A stretch of 64,000 bases of DNA from Candidatus Staskawiczbacteria bacterium (GCA_903835075.1 CAILLM010000009.1:25274-89273), one strand, 5' to 3'. Shown: positions 37,071 to 46,073, counted from the stretch's first letter. Numbers and translations are program-made. The notes: generated by a model from the letters alone, not told the origin.

Positions 37071-38477
37071 ATGACCTTTGTCAATCTATTCGCACTAGCC
37101 ACAGCTACAACAGAAAATACCACTATGAATCCAACACCACCAGTACCAATGCCTCCTCCGGTCGTGCCGGGTAAGCCAAAGTTGTCGCAGATAATACCGG
37201 GGATTACCCCACAACGTGCTTTTGAAGTGATTAGCGAGTCTTCACTTAAGAATTGTGATTTCACCAGAGATGACTTTAAGCCATTCTATGTAAGTGCTGC
37301 GAAAATAAAAGGATGGAATGCCGACGTGAATGACAACATGATACTGTCGGTTTTTGATGGATCAGCTGATTCCTTAAAGACCATCCTCTACATCGAAAGC
37401 ATTGGGCAGGGGAGACTATCACAGTATAGACTTACTGAACGCGGTTTAACGGCCGCTGATACAGGTCATAATGTATGGAACACAACTGTTGTTTTGGACG
37501 CTTCAGTCGCCAAGAACCAACGAGCCAATCAAATTCTCGAATCCCTCTTAGAGGTTCTTACAAGATTTAAGTCGACCGCAATTAATGCTACAGTTTTCAC
37601 TGAGCGTGCATATAAACTTTCTCGATCATTGCCAGACATTTTTGCACAAGAAGGTTCTGAAATGGTATGCGTCAAAATGCGTCAAATTGTAAACAGTCTA
37701 ACGGCCACAGAAGATGGTAAGCCTCATGGGGAACAATATCTAGCAGAAATGACTAGATTGTTCGGAGCGCTCAATAGTCATATTTCTGATATAGAGGGTC
37801 TGTTTACGATTCATAGCTTCGAAAGACTGGAGCCAAAATTAATTATTTCATTTTCGGTTCCAGCCGAAGGTTTTCGCGCTACTGCATTAAATCTAAACGA
37901 TGGCGGTGCTTTACGAATTCTCGATAACATATTTGATAAGCCCGATGGTTTCTTGAAAGAACCCGCGAATGTGTGCATTGAATATGCCGGCACAAATCTT
38001 GGCTTGCTTAAACGTAGTAACAACGTGTTTGACGTTATCAGCGAAGATGGCATATCACTTTTTACTTTTGCGTTTATTGTTGCTGTTGTGGATGTGTCGG
38101 AACCAACGGAAGCACCCATATCTGCAACCGTGGATATGACAGCAGCCCTACGTCGCTTCATAACAAGTCTTCGTCAAGCACTTCTGGAATACAACAAAAA
38201 GGTCAAAATTACCATATATCACGCATACGCCGAATACTTGGTGGAACGTCTTGATGAAATGTTGATTTTGCAAGTGGGTGCATTTTCTAACAACGAGCTT
38301 TACACAAGACTTTCTTCTTTGCCCACGCTTGCAAAAGACCATTTCCCTGAAGCCTTTGATGGTTCACAAGCAGCTCCTTTTCGAAGCGATGCTCTTCTAG
38401 GAGTGTGTGAAGTTGCTGATAATCATTTTAAGAGCTTTGCGGCTCGATACCCTGAGGTTGCTCAGGCCACAAGCTAA
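37071..38477 (+). CDS. hypothetical protein (orphan, GC-rich)
   Basis: 468-aa uninterrupted ORF, 59/120 GC by hand count at 37081..37200. Pro-rich N-terminus, no signal peptide and no motif I recognise. The start could also be ATG 37125. Confidence 0.5.
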   Translation: MTFVNLFALATATTENTTMNPTPPVPMPPPVVPGKPKLSQIIPGITPQRAFEVISESSLKNCDFTRDDFKPFYVSAAKIKGWNADVNDNMILSVFDGSADSLKTILYIESIGQGRLSQYRLTERGLTAADTGHNVWNTTVVLDASVAKNQRANQILESLLEVLTRFKSTAINATVFTERAYKLSRSLPDIFAQEGSEMVCVKMRQIVNSLTATEDGKPHGEQYLAEMTRLFGALNSHISDIEGLFTIHSFERLEPKLIISFSVPAEGFRATALNLNDGGALRILDNIFDKPDGFLKEPANVCIEYAGTNLGLLKRSNNVFDVISEDGISLFTFAFIVAVVDVSEPTEAPISATVDMTAALRRFITSLRQALLEYNKKVKITIYHAYAEYLVERLDEMLILQVGAFSNNELYTRLSSLPTLAKDHFPEAFDGSQAAPFRSDALLGVCEVADNHFKSFAARYPEVAQATS

Positions 38478-38491
38478 TATCCGTTTATTAT

Positions 38492-38524
38492 AGGCCACGA
38501 TGAATTTCGCTGGCCTCTTTTTTT
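38492..38524 (+). terminator. hairpin + T-run terminator
   Basis: AGGCCACG...CGcTGGCCT followed by cttttttt. Confidence 0.7.
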
Positions 38525-38603
38525 ATGCTGAGCCCGTCGAAGTATTTGCATCCTAACTAAAAAAGGAGTATTAATAATATATATAATTAAATTATAAAAA
38601 AAC

Positions 38604-39371
38604 ATGAGTGCTATTTTATTTTATTCGTTGTGGGTTTTATTCTTAATTTTAATTTCGGGAATTCGTGTTATTAAAGAATACGAAAGAGCAGTTATTTTCT
38701 TTTTGGGCAGGCAGACCGTTATTCGTGGGCCTGGCTTAATTTTCTTGGTGCCAATTTTTGAAAAAATGGTGAAGGTAAGTTTTAGAACTGTAACAATGGG
38801 AATTCCTTCACAAAAAATTATCACAAAAGATAATGTTTCCATAGACATTGCAGCTGTTGCATATTATCATGTTGTAGATCCTAAAAAAGCAGTTATTGCT
38901 ATTGAAGATGTTTTTAGTGCAGTAAATCAAATAAGCCAAACAACAGTTAGAAATGTTGTTGGACAATTTATGTTAGATCAATTGTTGTCGCAAACAGCAG
39001 ATATAAATGAACAAATTAAAAATGTTATTGATGGACATACCGAACCTTGGGGCGTGCAAGTAACAGCTGTAGAAATTAAAGATATTATTTTACCAGACAA
39101 CATGCAACGTGCAATGGCTAAAGAAGCCGAAGCTGAAAGAGAAAGAAGGGCAAAAATTGTTGCAGCACAAGGAGAATTTCAAGCTGCTGAGAAATTAGGC
39201 CAAGCAGCTGACTTAATTGCTGCACATCCTGTTGCGTTGCAATTAAGAACATTGCAAACAATGTCTGAAATTGCTACAGAAAAGAATTCAACAATCATTT
39301 TTCCAGCTCAATTTATGACAACAGTTAAAGAAGCTTTAGAAACTATTCGCGGCGACAACAAAAACAAATAA
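38604..39371 (+). CDS. SPFH/band-7 (stomatin-prohibitin) family protein
   Basis: 255 aa. N-terminal TM and typical EYERAVIFFLGR...TKDNVSIDIAAVAYY...ERERRAKI. Confidence 0.85.
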   Translation: MSAILFYSLWVLFLILISGIRVIKEYERAVIFFLGRQTVIRGPGLIFLVPIFEKMVKVSFRTVTMGIPSQKIITKDNVSIDIAAVAYYHVVDPKKAVIAIEDVFSAVNQISQTTVRNVVGQFMLDQLLSQTADINEQIKNVIDGHTEPWGVQVTAVEIKDIILPDNMQRAMAKEAEAERERRAKIVAAQGEFQAAEKLGQAADLIAAHPVALQLRTLQTMSEIATEKNSTIIFPAQFMTTVKEALETIRGDNKNK

Positions 39372-39390
39372 ATTTTTGTAAAAATGTAAA

Positions 39391-39414
39391 ACCGCTCGTA
39401 AGGGCGGTTTTATT
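39391..39414 (+). terminator. hairpin (GTAA loop) terminator
   Basis: ACCGCTC-gtaa-GGGCGGT ttttatt. Confidence 0.6.
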
Positions 39415-39516
39415 ATGCTCTGAAGATTTTTGGCCTTGCTTGTTTTTTAAAAAAGAGTAAAAATAAATATGCACCTTTACAATGTTTAGCGTGCAAGCTC
39501 AACCAATCAGAATGAA

Positions 39517-39771
39517 ATGAAAACAATATATTTGGTTTTACTTCTGACGACTTTGCCCATTTCTGGGTTTGCTATTTTGGGCCTAAAGCATGAAAATGAT
39601 GTTCAAAGAAAGTCTATTGAATTTTTGCTTCGTCCCGATGGCCTAGATAAGCCCCAGCCTCAAGAAGGGCCTCCCAAAGCAGTTAATCCTCAAAAGGTCC
39701 ATCCTGCGGAAGCCACGCCCAAAAAGACTCCCATGCCAAAGAGGGATTTCAATCCAAGCAACATGGCCTAG
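39517..39771 (+). CDS. small secreted Pro-rich protein
   Basis: 84 aa with a signal-like N-terminus; GC-rich; followed by its own terminator. Confidence 0.4.
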   Translation: MKTIYLVLLLTTLPISGFAILGLKHENDVQRKSIEFLLRPDGLDKPQPQEGPPKAVNPQKVHPAEATPKKTPMPKRDFNPSNMA

Positions 39772-39784
39772 TCAGGCTTTCAGT

Positions 39785-39813
39785 GCTCCGCATTTATGTG
39801 GAGCCATTTTTTT
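39785..39813 (+). terminator. hairpin + T7 terminator
   Basis: GCTCCGCA-ttta-TGTGGAGC ca ttttttt. Confidence 0.7.
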
Positions 39814-39880
39814 ATATAATATTACATTGACAAAGTGTGTGCATTATATAATATATAGTAAATAGTGATTTAAATTAATT

Positions 39881-40594
39881 ATGCCAAAAAAAATAAACAC
39901 AGAAGCAAAAGATGGTGCAGAACTAGCAATCTTGCATAAGATTATAGAAACAATAAGTTACGACTTAAACTTAGAAGAAGTTTTGTCAAAAATTATAGAT
40001 ACTGTTGGAAAAGTCACAAAAGCTGATTCTTGTTTTTTATATTTAATTGATGGAAAAAACATTATTATGCGTGCATCACAAAATTCTCATCCTGGAATTA
40101 TTGGTAATATTAAATTAAAACTAGGGGAGGGAATTACTGGCTGGGTAGCTAAAAATAAAAAAACAGTTGCTATTCCTAAAAAAGCCTACGAAGATTACCG
40201 TTTTAAATTATTTAATAATTTACCAGAAGATAAATACGAAGCATTTTTATCAGTGCCCGTAATATACAAAAAAGAAACTTTAGGTGTTATAAATGTTCAA
40301 CATAAAAATTCTCAAAAATATTTTGACAGTGAAATAAAACTTTTTGAAACAATTGCCCGCGCAACAGGCGGGGCCATAGAAAATGCAAGACTTTTCACAG
40401 AAAGCCAAGAATTAAGAGAAACATTGGAAACCAGAAAAGCAGTAGAAAAAGCAAAAGGAATTTTAATGAAAGAAATGTCAATTTCTGAAGAAGATGCCTA
40501 CAAACTTTTAAATAAAAAAAGTATGGATAAAAGAATTTCAATGAAAGAAGTTGCTGATGCAATTCTAATTTCTGATGAATTGAGAAGGGGGTGA
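39881..40594 (+). CDS. GAF-ANTAR RNA-binding antitermination regulator
   Basis: 237 aa. N-terminal GAF-like region and C-terminal ANTAR block (RKAVEKAKGILMKEMSISEEDAYKLLNKKSMDKRISMKEVADAIL). Confidence 0.8.
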   Translation: MPKKINTEAKDGAELAILHKIIETISYDLNLEEVLSKIIDTVGKVTKADSCFLYLIDGKNIIMRASQNSHPGIIGNIKLKLGEGITGWVAKNKKTVAIPKKAYEDYRFKLFNNLPEDKYEAFLSVPVIYKKETLGVINVQHKNSQKYFDSEIKLFETIARATGGAIENARLFTESQELRETLETRKAVEKAKGILMKEMSISEEDAYKLLNKKSMDKRISMKEVADAILISDELRRG

Positions 40595-40595
40595 C

Positions 40596-40640
40596 TTGAG
40601 TCTTCACTCAAAATTGGGTGAAGACTTGACACGTTTTTTT
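40596..40640 (+). terminator. terminator-like hairpin with an overlapping alternative hairpin
   Basis: GAGTCTTCAC(40598-40607)/GTGAAGACTT(40618-40627), then T7 at 40634-40640. TTGAGT/ACTCAA (40596-40611) competes for the 5' arm. Confidence 0.45.
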
Positions 40641-40786
40641 AAAAGAATATAATTAAATTGAAGCTGGTACAGTGTTGTGCCAACCAATGACAATGAGGTC
40701 TCCTACAAAATAGGGGGCTTTTATCGTTTATGTTCGTTGAAAACAAATTTCATGGGACAAACAACCAACCAAAGGAGACCAAAATC

Positions 40787-41014
40787 ATGAACAGTTGCCC
40801 GTTCGGAAGACATTGTGAGAAAGGAAAATATCTCGACAAATTTTATGGCGATAAGGAAAAGCCTTGTTCAACGGTTTATCCCACGTGCCATACTTATCGA
40901 CAACTAAAAGACGAAGCCGACAAAGCCAAAAAAGCCAAAAAAGCAACCGGGGCTGACCAAAATCAGCACTCTGACGACGAAGAGTTCTGCGTCGCATTGA
41001 GAAAAGCTGGTTAG
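40787..41014 (+). CDS. small Cys-rich hypothetical protein
   Basis: 75 aa from ATG 40787, preceded by AAGGAG. MNSCPFGRHCEKGKY...; GC-rich. Confidence 0.45.
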   Translation: MNSCPFGRHCEKGKYLDKFYGDKEKPCSTVYPTCHTYRQLKDEADKAKKAKKATGADQNQHSDDEEFCVALRKAG

Positions 41015-41035
41015 CGCCTGTCGCTCCCATTCTAT

Positions 41036-41066
41036 GCCACGTTTCGCGCAACGTGGCCTTTTTTTA
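41036..41066 (+). terminator. hairpin + T-run terminator
   Basis: GCCACGTT-tcgcgc-AACGTGGC c ttttttt. Confidence 0.8.
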
Positions 41067-41157
41067 TTGTGCTATTTTTGTTTGACTTTTGCCGTAATTT
41101 ATTGTAAATTCTATTTAACCTCAACGCGGTGTTGAGGGTGCAAATTGAAAATCTGCT

Positions 41158-41433
41158 ATGAACAAAAAACCATTGCTTGCAGTCGCCATATTCTTTTCGG
41201 GAAGTTGTACGCCAACTTTCTTACCCCAAAACAGTCCAAAAGAAACCTCACAGGCCAACATTGGAAAGCCCGCGGTATCTGAGCTCATTGATGGACATTA
41301 CTATTGTTACCCAGGTTGCAATGGTCACAAAAATAAAACCAGTATTTGTAAACAAGCAACTTTAGAAAAAGAACTTACTAGGCGCTTGATTGCGTTTTAC
41401 ATTGAGGATACTTCCACTGAAATAAGAAGATGA
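41158..41433 (+). CDS. small putative lipoprotein
   Basis: 91 aa with a lipobox-like FSGSC after a hydrophobic N-terminus. Confidence 0.45.
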   Translation: MNKKPLLAVAIFFSGSCTPTFLPQNSPKETSQANIGKPAVSELIDGHYYCYPGCNGHKNKTSICKQATLEKELTRRLIAFYIEDTSTEIRR

Positions 41434-42050
41434 AAACACGATATTGTTTGTTGATTGGACTTATGTCCGCATTGGTGCTTAGTTGCAAGAAAGATGAAAA
41501 AAGTAAAGACACTGTGCTGGGCGATTTTGCCAAGAGCGTTCTTGTGGCTGGGAAAGCAAAGGACGTTGGCATGCTTGTGAGCAAACTGAGTATGTCTACT
41601 GTTGCCGAAGGCAAGGCCTTTATGGATCAGCTTAAGAAGTCAAACCCCGAGCTCACGTTTACCGAGGGCAAGGAAGATGCCAACGACAATGACCTTTGCA
41701 AAGAAATGGAGGTCAATGCGCGGTTGTTTATTGACTCTTACGCGGATGTTTTTGACGGTACCCTGTCCAGCATTTCAACAGCTCAGAATATTGAACTAAA
41801 GGGCTCAAATGTGTATGCAATGATTATTTGGGTTAAGCAAAAAGACGGCAAGTTCTGTGGTGTCAAAATTGATAGCGTTTGGAAAAAGGATGACGGCTCA
41901 TTTGAGGTTTTGACGTGGGCAGAAATTAGCGGCTATTACGCTGACAAGAACGTTAAGAAAAAGCAGGCCATTTTAGAATGTGATACAGCCGATGCTTGTC
42001 ACTTCCCAGACATAATTCAATACAAGTACGTCATGTCACCATACAACTGA
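41430..42050 (+). CDS. putative lipoprotein
   Basis: 206 aa with lipobox-like LVLSC. Start overlaps the previous stop (ATGA). Confidence 0.5.
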   Translation: MKTRYCLLIGLMSALVLSCKKDEKSKDTVLGDFAKSVLVAGKAKDVGMLVSKLSMSTVAEGKAFMDQLKKSNPELTFTEGKEDANDNDLCKEMEVNARLFIDSYADVFDGTLSSISTAQNIELKGSNVYAMIIWVKQKDGKFCGVKIDSVWKKDDGSFEVLTWAEISGYYADKNVKKKQAILECDTADACHFPDIIQYKYVMSPYN

Positions 42051-42055
42051 ATCCA

Positions 42056-42238
42056 ATGAACGCTCTCGATGAAACAATTTTGGCGAAATGCACGCAGGTG
42101 CAATCCGCAAAAGTTTCGGATCTTTTGGAAGATGGCTGGGAGATCGTTAGCTTTGATGGATTGAAACGTGTTCAGATAAGGAAAGATGGGCACAGCTCTA
42201 AATGGGTTCTCCCCGACGGGCGAGTAGACTTGGGCTAA
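42056..42238 (+). CDS. small hypothetical protein
   Basis: 60 aa from ATG 42056 (MNALDETILAKC...), followed by a terminator. Confidence 0.35.
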   Translation: MNALDETILAKCTQVQSAKVSDLLEDGWEIVSFDGLKRVQIRKDGHSSKWVLPDGRVDLG

Positions 42239-42258
42239 TATAACCCATTGTTTCGCAT

Positions 42259-42285
42259 GCTCTGAGATTTCTCAGGGCTTTTTTA
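42259..42285 (+). terminator. hairpin + T-run terminator
   Basis: GCTCTGAG/CTCAGGGC followed by ttttttt. Confidence 0.75.
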
Positions 42286-42297
42286 TTCCAAAACATC

Positions 42298-42314
42298 TTA
42301 TTGTGCGACAAATT
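42298..42314 (+). repeat. island motif copy 1 (TTATTGTGCGACAAATT)
   Basis: 17/17 identical to 45293..45309; core ATTGTGCGACA at 42300..42310. Confidence 0.9.
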
Positions 42315-42376
42315 AACATTAAACCATCTTTGAAATAGGGTAGTTTTTTGGTAGTATTAAATAAACAAATAAACAA

Positions 42377-42922
42377 ATGGAAAATAATAATCAAATTGAA
42401 AAAGTAGCTTTTGGGGGTGGTTGTTTTTGGTGCACAGAAGCTGTGTTTTTAATTTTAAAGGGTGTGGTTGGCGTAACCCCAGGTTATGCTGGAGGGAGCA
42501 CTGAAAACCCAACATATGAACAAGTATCTTCTGGCAAAACAGGGCACGCAGAAGTGATATTAGTTGAATATAATCGGGACATTATATCTTTTGAAAAACT
42601 ATTAGAAGTTTTTTTTGATGCACACAGCCCAACTGAATTAAATAAACAAGGGAATGATGTGGGCACACAATATCGTTCTGTTTTGCTTTACTCAACCACT
42701 GAACAAAAAAATATTGCAGAAACTTACGTTGCAAAACTTACAGATGCTCATAAATATGAAAACCCAATAGTCACAGAAATAGTTCCACTAAATGAATTTT
42801 ATCCTGCCGAAGAATATCACAAAGACTATTATGCTAAAAACCCAAATTATGGTTATCCCATGTATATTATTAAGCCAAAAGTTGAGAAAATAAAAGAAAA
42901 ATATAATAACTTATTAAAATGA
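42377..42922 (+). CDS. msrA: peptide-methionine (S)-S-oxide reductase
   Basis: GGGCFWCTEAVF active-site block and HAEVILVEY. Confidence 0.9.
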   Translation: MENNNQIEKVAFGGGCFWCTEAVFLILKGVVGVTPGYAGGSTENPTYEQVSSGKTGHAEVILVEYNRDIISFEKLLEVFFDAHSPTELNKQGNDVGTQYRSVLLYSTTEQKNIAETYVAKLTDAHKYENPIVTEIVPLNEFYPAEEYHKDYYAKNPNYGYPMYIIKPKVEKIKEKYNNLLK

Positions 42923-43548
42923 CAATGTTAACTTTATTAATAATTATTATTGCTATAATAATTTTATGGTCTGCTTATGGATTTTTTTCTTCGCGCGTTG
43001 AACAAGCTGAATATAGTGTAATTAAAAAAATGTTAGGGTATGAAATAAGAAAATATCCTGTCCACATTGTTGCACAAACCACTGTAAGGGGAAATTATCA
43101 ATATGCTCTTAACGAAGGCTTTAGAATTGTTGCAGGATATATTTTTGGTAATAATTCAAAAAAACAGGGCATTGCAATGACAGCTCCAGTTGTTTCGCAG
43201 AATGCAGGTTCAGAAAAAATTTCTATGACAGCTCCCGTTTTGGCAACTACAAAAGGGGAGTCACATGTCATATCTTTTGGAATGCCGCGTTCTCAAACTT
43301 TGCAAACATTGCCAGAGCCGGGCGACCCAAGGGTGAAAATTGTTGAAATACCTGCAAAGCAATTTGCAGTCATTAGGTTTTCTTGGTCGCGCACAGATGA
43401 GAAAATTAAGAAAATGGAAACTAAATTACTCAAACTAATTTCACGTGATAATTTGCAGGTAATAGGTAGTCCAATTTATGCAGGATACAATGCTCCCTGG
43501 ACTCCACCGTGGATGGCAAGAAATGAAGTAATGATAGAAATCAAATAG
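42919..43548 (+). CDS. SOUL heme-binding family protein
   Basis: YEIRKYP...GFRIVAGYIFGNN...IAMTAPV...MTAPV...EIPAKQFAVIRFSW...AGYNAPWTPPWMARNEVMIEI. Confidence 0.75.
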   Translation: MTMLTLLIIIIAIIILWSAYGFFSSRVEQAEYSVIKKMLGYEIRKYPVHIVAQTTVRGNYQYALNEGFRIVAGYIFGNNSKKQGIAMTAPVVSQNAGSEKISMTAPVLATTKGESHVISFGMPRSQTLQTLPEPGDPRVKIVEIPAKQFAVIRFSWSRTDEKIKKMETKLLKLISRDNLQVIGSPIYAGYNAPWTPPWMARNEVMIEIK

Positions 43549-43572
43549 TACTATCGACTTCGTAGAACATAT

Positions 43573-43583
43573 ATTTCGCGACA
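43573..43583 (+). repeat. two-mismatch copy (ATTTCGCGACA) of the island motif
   Basis: Located 25 nt after the SOUL-family stop codon, before a terminator. Confidence 0.35.
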
Positions 43584-43600
43584 TTATTATTAGACAGACT

Positions 43601-43629
43601 AAAAAAGCTGAGTTTGCACTCGGCTTTTT
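43601..43629. terminator. hairpin terminator flanked by A- and T-runs
   Basis: AGCTGAGT-ttgc-ACTCGGCT tttt. Confidence 0.65.
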
Positions 43630-43673
43630 GATTGTGTTGAAACTTTATTGAAAAAGGAGTAAATTATACTAAT

Positions 43674-44513
43674 ATGGATAAAAAAATCCTTTCCGGAATT
43701 AAACAAAAGCCATACTTCACTGAGGGAAATTTTGTTTTATATAATCAAGATAGTATTGAGCTGCTTAAAGAGCTACCAGAAAATTCTATTGATATGATTT
43801 TTGCCGATCCTCCATATAATTTATCAAATGGGGGATTTAGCGTGCATGCAGGGAAAATGGTTAGCGTTAATAAGGGAGATTGGGATAAGAGCAGGGGCTT
43901 TGATGGTGATTATGAATTTCACTATAAATGGTTGGAAGCCTGTAAAAGAGTCTTAAAGCCTGGCGGAACATTATGGGTTAGCGGTACATATCATTCAATA
44001 TATCAGTGTGGGTTTGCTTTACAGTCCTTGGGTTATCATATTTTAAACGATATATCTTGGTTTAAACCAAATGCTAGTCCAAATTTAAGTTGCAGGTTTT
44101 TCACCGCCAGCCACGAGACCTTAATATGGGCAAGAAAGGACAAAAAGGCAAAACATACTTTTAATTATGATCTAATGAAAAATGGTAACTGGCCCGAAGA
44201 TCAATTAAAAAAACCAAATCTCCAAATGCGTTCTGTTTGGGCAATAGGAACCCCAAGACCAAATGAAAAAAGGTTTGGCAAGCATCCAACTCAAAAACCA
44301 ATAGATTTACTTAATAGAATTGTATTGGCGAGTACGAACAAAAATGATGTTGTCTTAGATCCTTTTACCGGAAGCTCAACTACTGGGCTTGTTGCAACCA
44401 CGAGTGGAAGAAAATTTATTGGAATTGATACAGAAAAAAAATATTTAGATTTATCGATTAAAAGATTAAAAGATTTAAATCAAAATATAAAAAATATAAT
44501 TAAATTCGCTTAA
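43674..44513 (+). CDS. DNA methyltransferase, beta-class N6-adenine/N4-cytosine (type II)
   Basis: Motif IV FADPPYNL precedes motif I DPFTGSSTTG (beta-class order). Confidence 0.85.
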   Translation: MDKKILSGIKQKPYFTEGNFVLYNQDSIELLKELPENSIDMIFADPPYNLSNGGFSVHAGKMVSVNKGDWDKSRGFDGDYEFHYKWLEACKRVLKPGGTLWVSGTYHSIYQCGFALQSLGYHILNDISWFKPNASPNLSCRFFTASHETLIWARKDKKAKHTFNYDLMKNGNWPEDQLKKPNLQMRSVWAIGTPRPNEKRFGKHPTQKPIDLLNRIVLASTNKNDVVLDPFTGSSTTGLVATTSGRKFIGIDTEKKYLDLSIKRLKDLNQNIKNIIKFA

Positions 44514-44514
44514 T

Positions 44515-45285
44515 ATGGCAAATAGTAAATCATGGGATAAAATTTTTAGAGATTATAAAATTCTAGAACATAATTTTGATAAGGAGCCATTTAAATTATC
44601 TGCGTTACAGATTAAAAAATCTTGTCAAAAATTTAAAGATACGAGCGAGAAAGAAGTTCGCATACTTTGCAAGCAAGATACTAGAGAACAAAGACCCGAA
44701 ATTTTTATAAAGAATGGTTTGTTTTTGTTACCAGTTAAAAACGGTTTCTATAACATTATAAAAGGAGAGGGTTATGTCGACATTCCTACTATTGATAATG
44801 AAATAATCATATATGCCTCTAAACTGGATTTTAAGCTAGACACGGCGGGTATTGGTGATTCTGAAATGCAACACTTAGATTATGCTTATGCGGCAAGTTT
44901 GATTAGAACTTTTGCAGAGGATCCTTCCTTAGTTTTAACTATACGTGGAAGGAAATATACACCCAATTTTAATTTTTATGTAGGAAAACAACTAATCGAT
45001 GTTTCTAGCGTGCAGACTGAGGTGGACGCTGGATATGAAGGTAAGAAACAAATTGTTTTGATCGAAGCTAAAAATTTTAATGCTAGCAATATTATAATAA
45101 GACAACTATTCTATCCATATCGGCAATGGCAGGAACATACGAATAAAAAAGTAGTAACATTATTTTTTGATAAAGATCTTGGCGGAAACGTGTATTCAAT
45201 ATGGCAATTTGAGTTTAGTAATCCTCAAGATTATAATAGTATCAAGCTTGTTAAATCTGGAAAATTTAAAATAGAAGAAAAATAG
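44515..45285 (+). CDS. putative type II restriction endonuclease (PD-(D/E)XK)
   Basis: Starts 2 nt after the methyltransferase stop. TEVDAGYEGKKQIVLIEAKN provides a D...EAK catalytic-type motif. Specificity unknown. Confidence 0.5.
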   Translation: MANSKSWDKIFRDYKILEHNFDKEPFKLSALQIKKSCQKFKDTSEKEVRILCKQDTREQRPEIFIKNGLFLLPVKNGFYNIIKGEGYVDIPTIDNEIIIYASKLDFKLDTAGIGDSEMQHLDYAYAASLIRTFAEDPSLVLTIRGRKYTPNFNFYVGKQLIDVSSVQTEVDAGYEGKKQIVLIEAKNFNASNIIIRQLFYPYRQWQEHTNKKVVTLFFDKDLGGNVYSIWQFEFSNPQDYNSIKLVKSGKFKIEEK

Positions 45286-45292
45286 GATCATT

Positions 45293-45309
45293 TTATTGTG
45301 CGACAAATT
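45293..45309 (+). repeat. island motif copy 2 (TTATTGTGCGACAAATT)
   Basis: Core at 45295..45305, 9 nt after the endonuclease stop codon. Confidence 0.9.
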
Positions 45310-45325
45310 GATAAATAATTGTTGA

Positions 45326-45988
45326 ATGGAAATGAAAAAAAATAAAAATATTAAAATTATACTACCAACCGGATATATAAATATATCTATTCCAAAAATA
45401 ACCATGAAGTTAGAATCTGGATATTTAATTACCTCTAATAAGGAAAAATGCAGAGGGTTAATTGAGGAGTCGCCCCTAAATGACAACGATATTATTGATA
45501 TATTAGTAAGTCTTCATCTAGTTTTAGAAGTGGGTCTAAATACGATGTATCGACACTTGATGTTAAGGGATATAAAGAAAGATATAGATAAATTTGAGAT
45601 TATGAAAAATATAGATAATATAAATTTTATCGATAAGACGATAATGTTTATATACAACTCTAAATTTGATTTTGAAGGCAAGCTTGGCGAAGCCACAAGA
45701 TATCATAGCATTATTAACGCGCTTCGTGATTTTTCTGGGGTGAGAAATAAACTGCTTCATGGCCATTCAATAAGTACAATATCAGATGGGGAGAAAATTA
45801 AAAATTCAGAGGTTAAAAATATGCTTAATCCTGGTTTTTTGAAGGAGCAAATTGGAAAATTCTGTTTTATTATGGAGGGTATGCGTTTTTATTTAAACTG
45901 TTTGGACTCTGGGACGAGTGATGCCGACAAGGAACAATTTAGCAAATCGTATTTGGACGATAGTTTTTTACCTTTACTAAGAACATAG
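45326..45988 (+). CDS. hypothetical protein with a HEPN-type RNxxxH signature
   Basis: 220 aa. GVRNKLLHGH at residues 138-147 (nt 45743..45760 encode RNKLLH) in a predicted helical protein. Nothing else recognised. Confidence 0.4.
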   Translation: MEMKKNKNIKIILPTGYINISIPKITMKLESGYLITSNKEKCRGLIEESPLNDNDIIDILVSLHLVLEVGLNTMYRHLMLRDIKKDIDKFEIMKNIDNINFIDKTIMFIYNSKFDFEGKLGEATRYHSIINALRDFSGVRNKLLHGHSISTISDGEKIKNSEVKNMLNPGFLKEQIGKFCFIMEGMRFYLNCLDSGTSDADKEQFSKSYLDDSFLPLLRT

Positions 45989-45999
45989 ATTCTATTTAT

Positions 46000-46010
46000 A
46001 TTGTGCGACA
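46000..46010 (+). repeat. island motif copy 3
   Basis: ATTGTGCGACA 11 nt after the stop codon of the HEPN-signature gene. Confidence 0.9.
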
Positions 46011-46073
46011 CTTTAATAAACTCAGCGTAGGCGTAACGTCGCGAAAGATACCTTTACCGAACAAGCAAAGAAT

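Noticed and set aside
40595-40730. Canonical ANTAR target (two tandem hairpins with AxxGxx hexaloops) downstream of the GAF-ANTAR gene
   Set aside because: The hairpins present have tetraloops or a 10-nt loop. The dual-hexaloop signature is absent.
42284-42330. Interpretation of the island motif as a 28-bp dif/XerCD site
   Set aside because: The motif has only a loose resemblance to the XerC arm (GTGCG core). The sequence at the position of a second arm, 6 nt away, is not conserved between copies.
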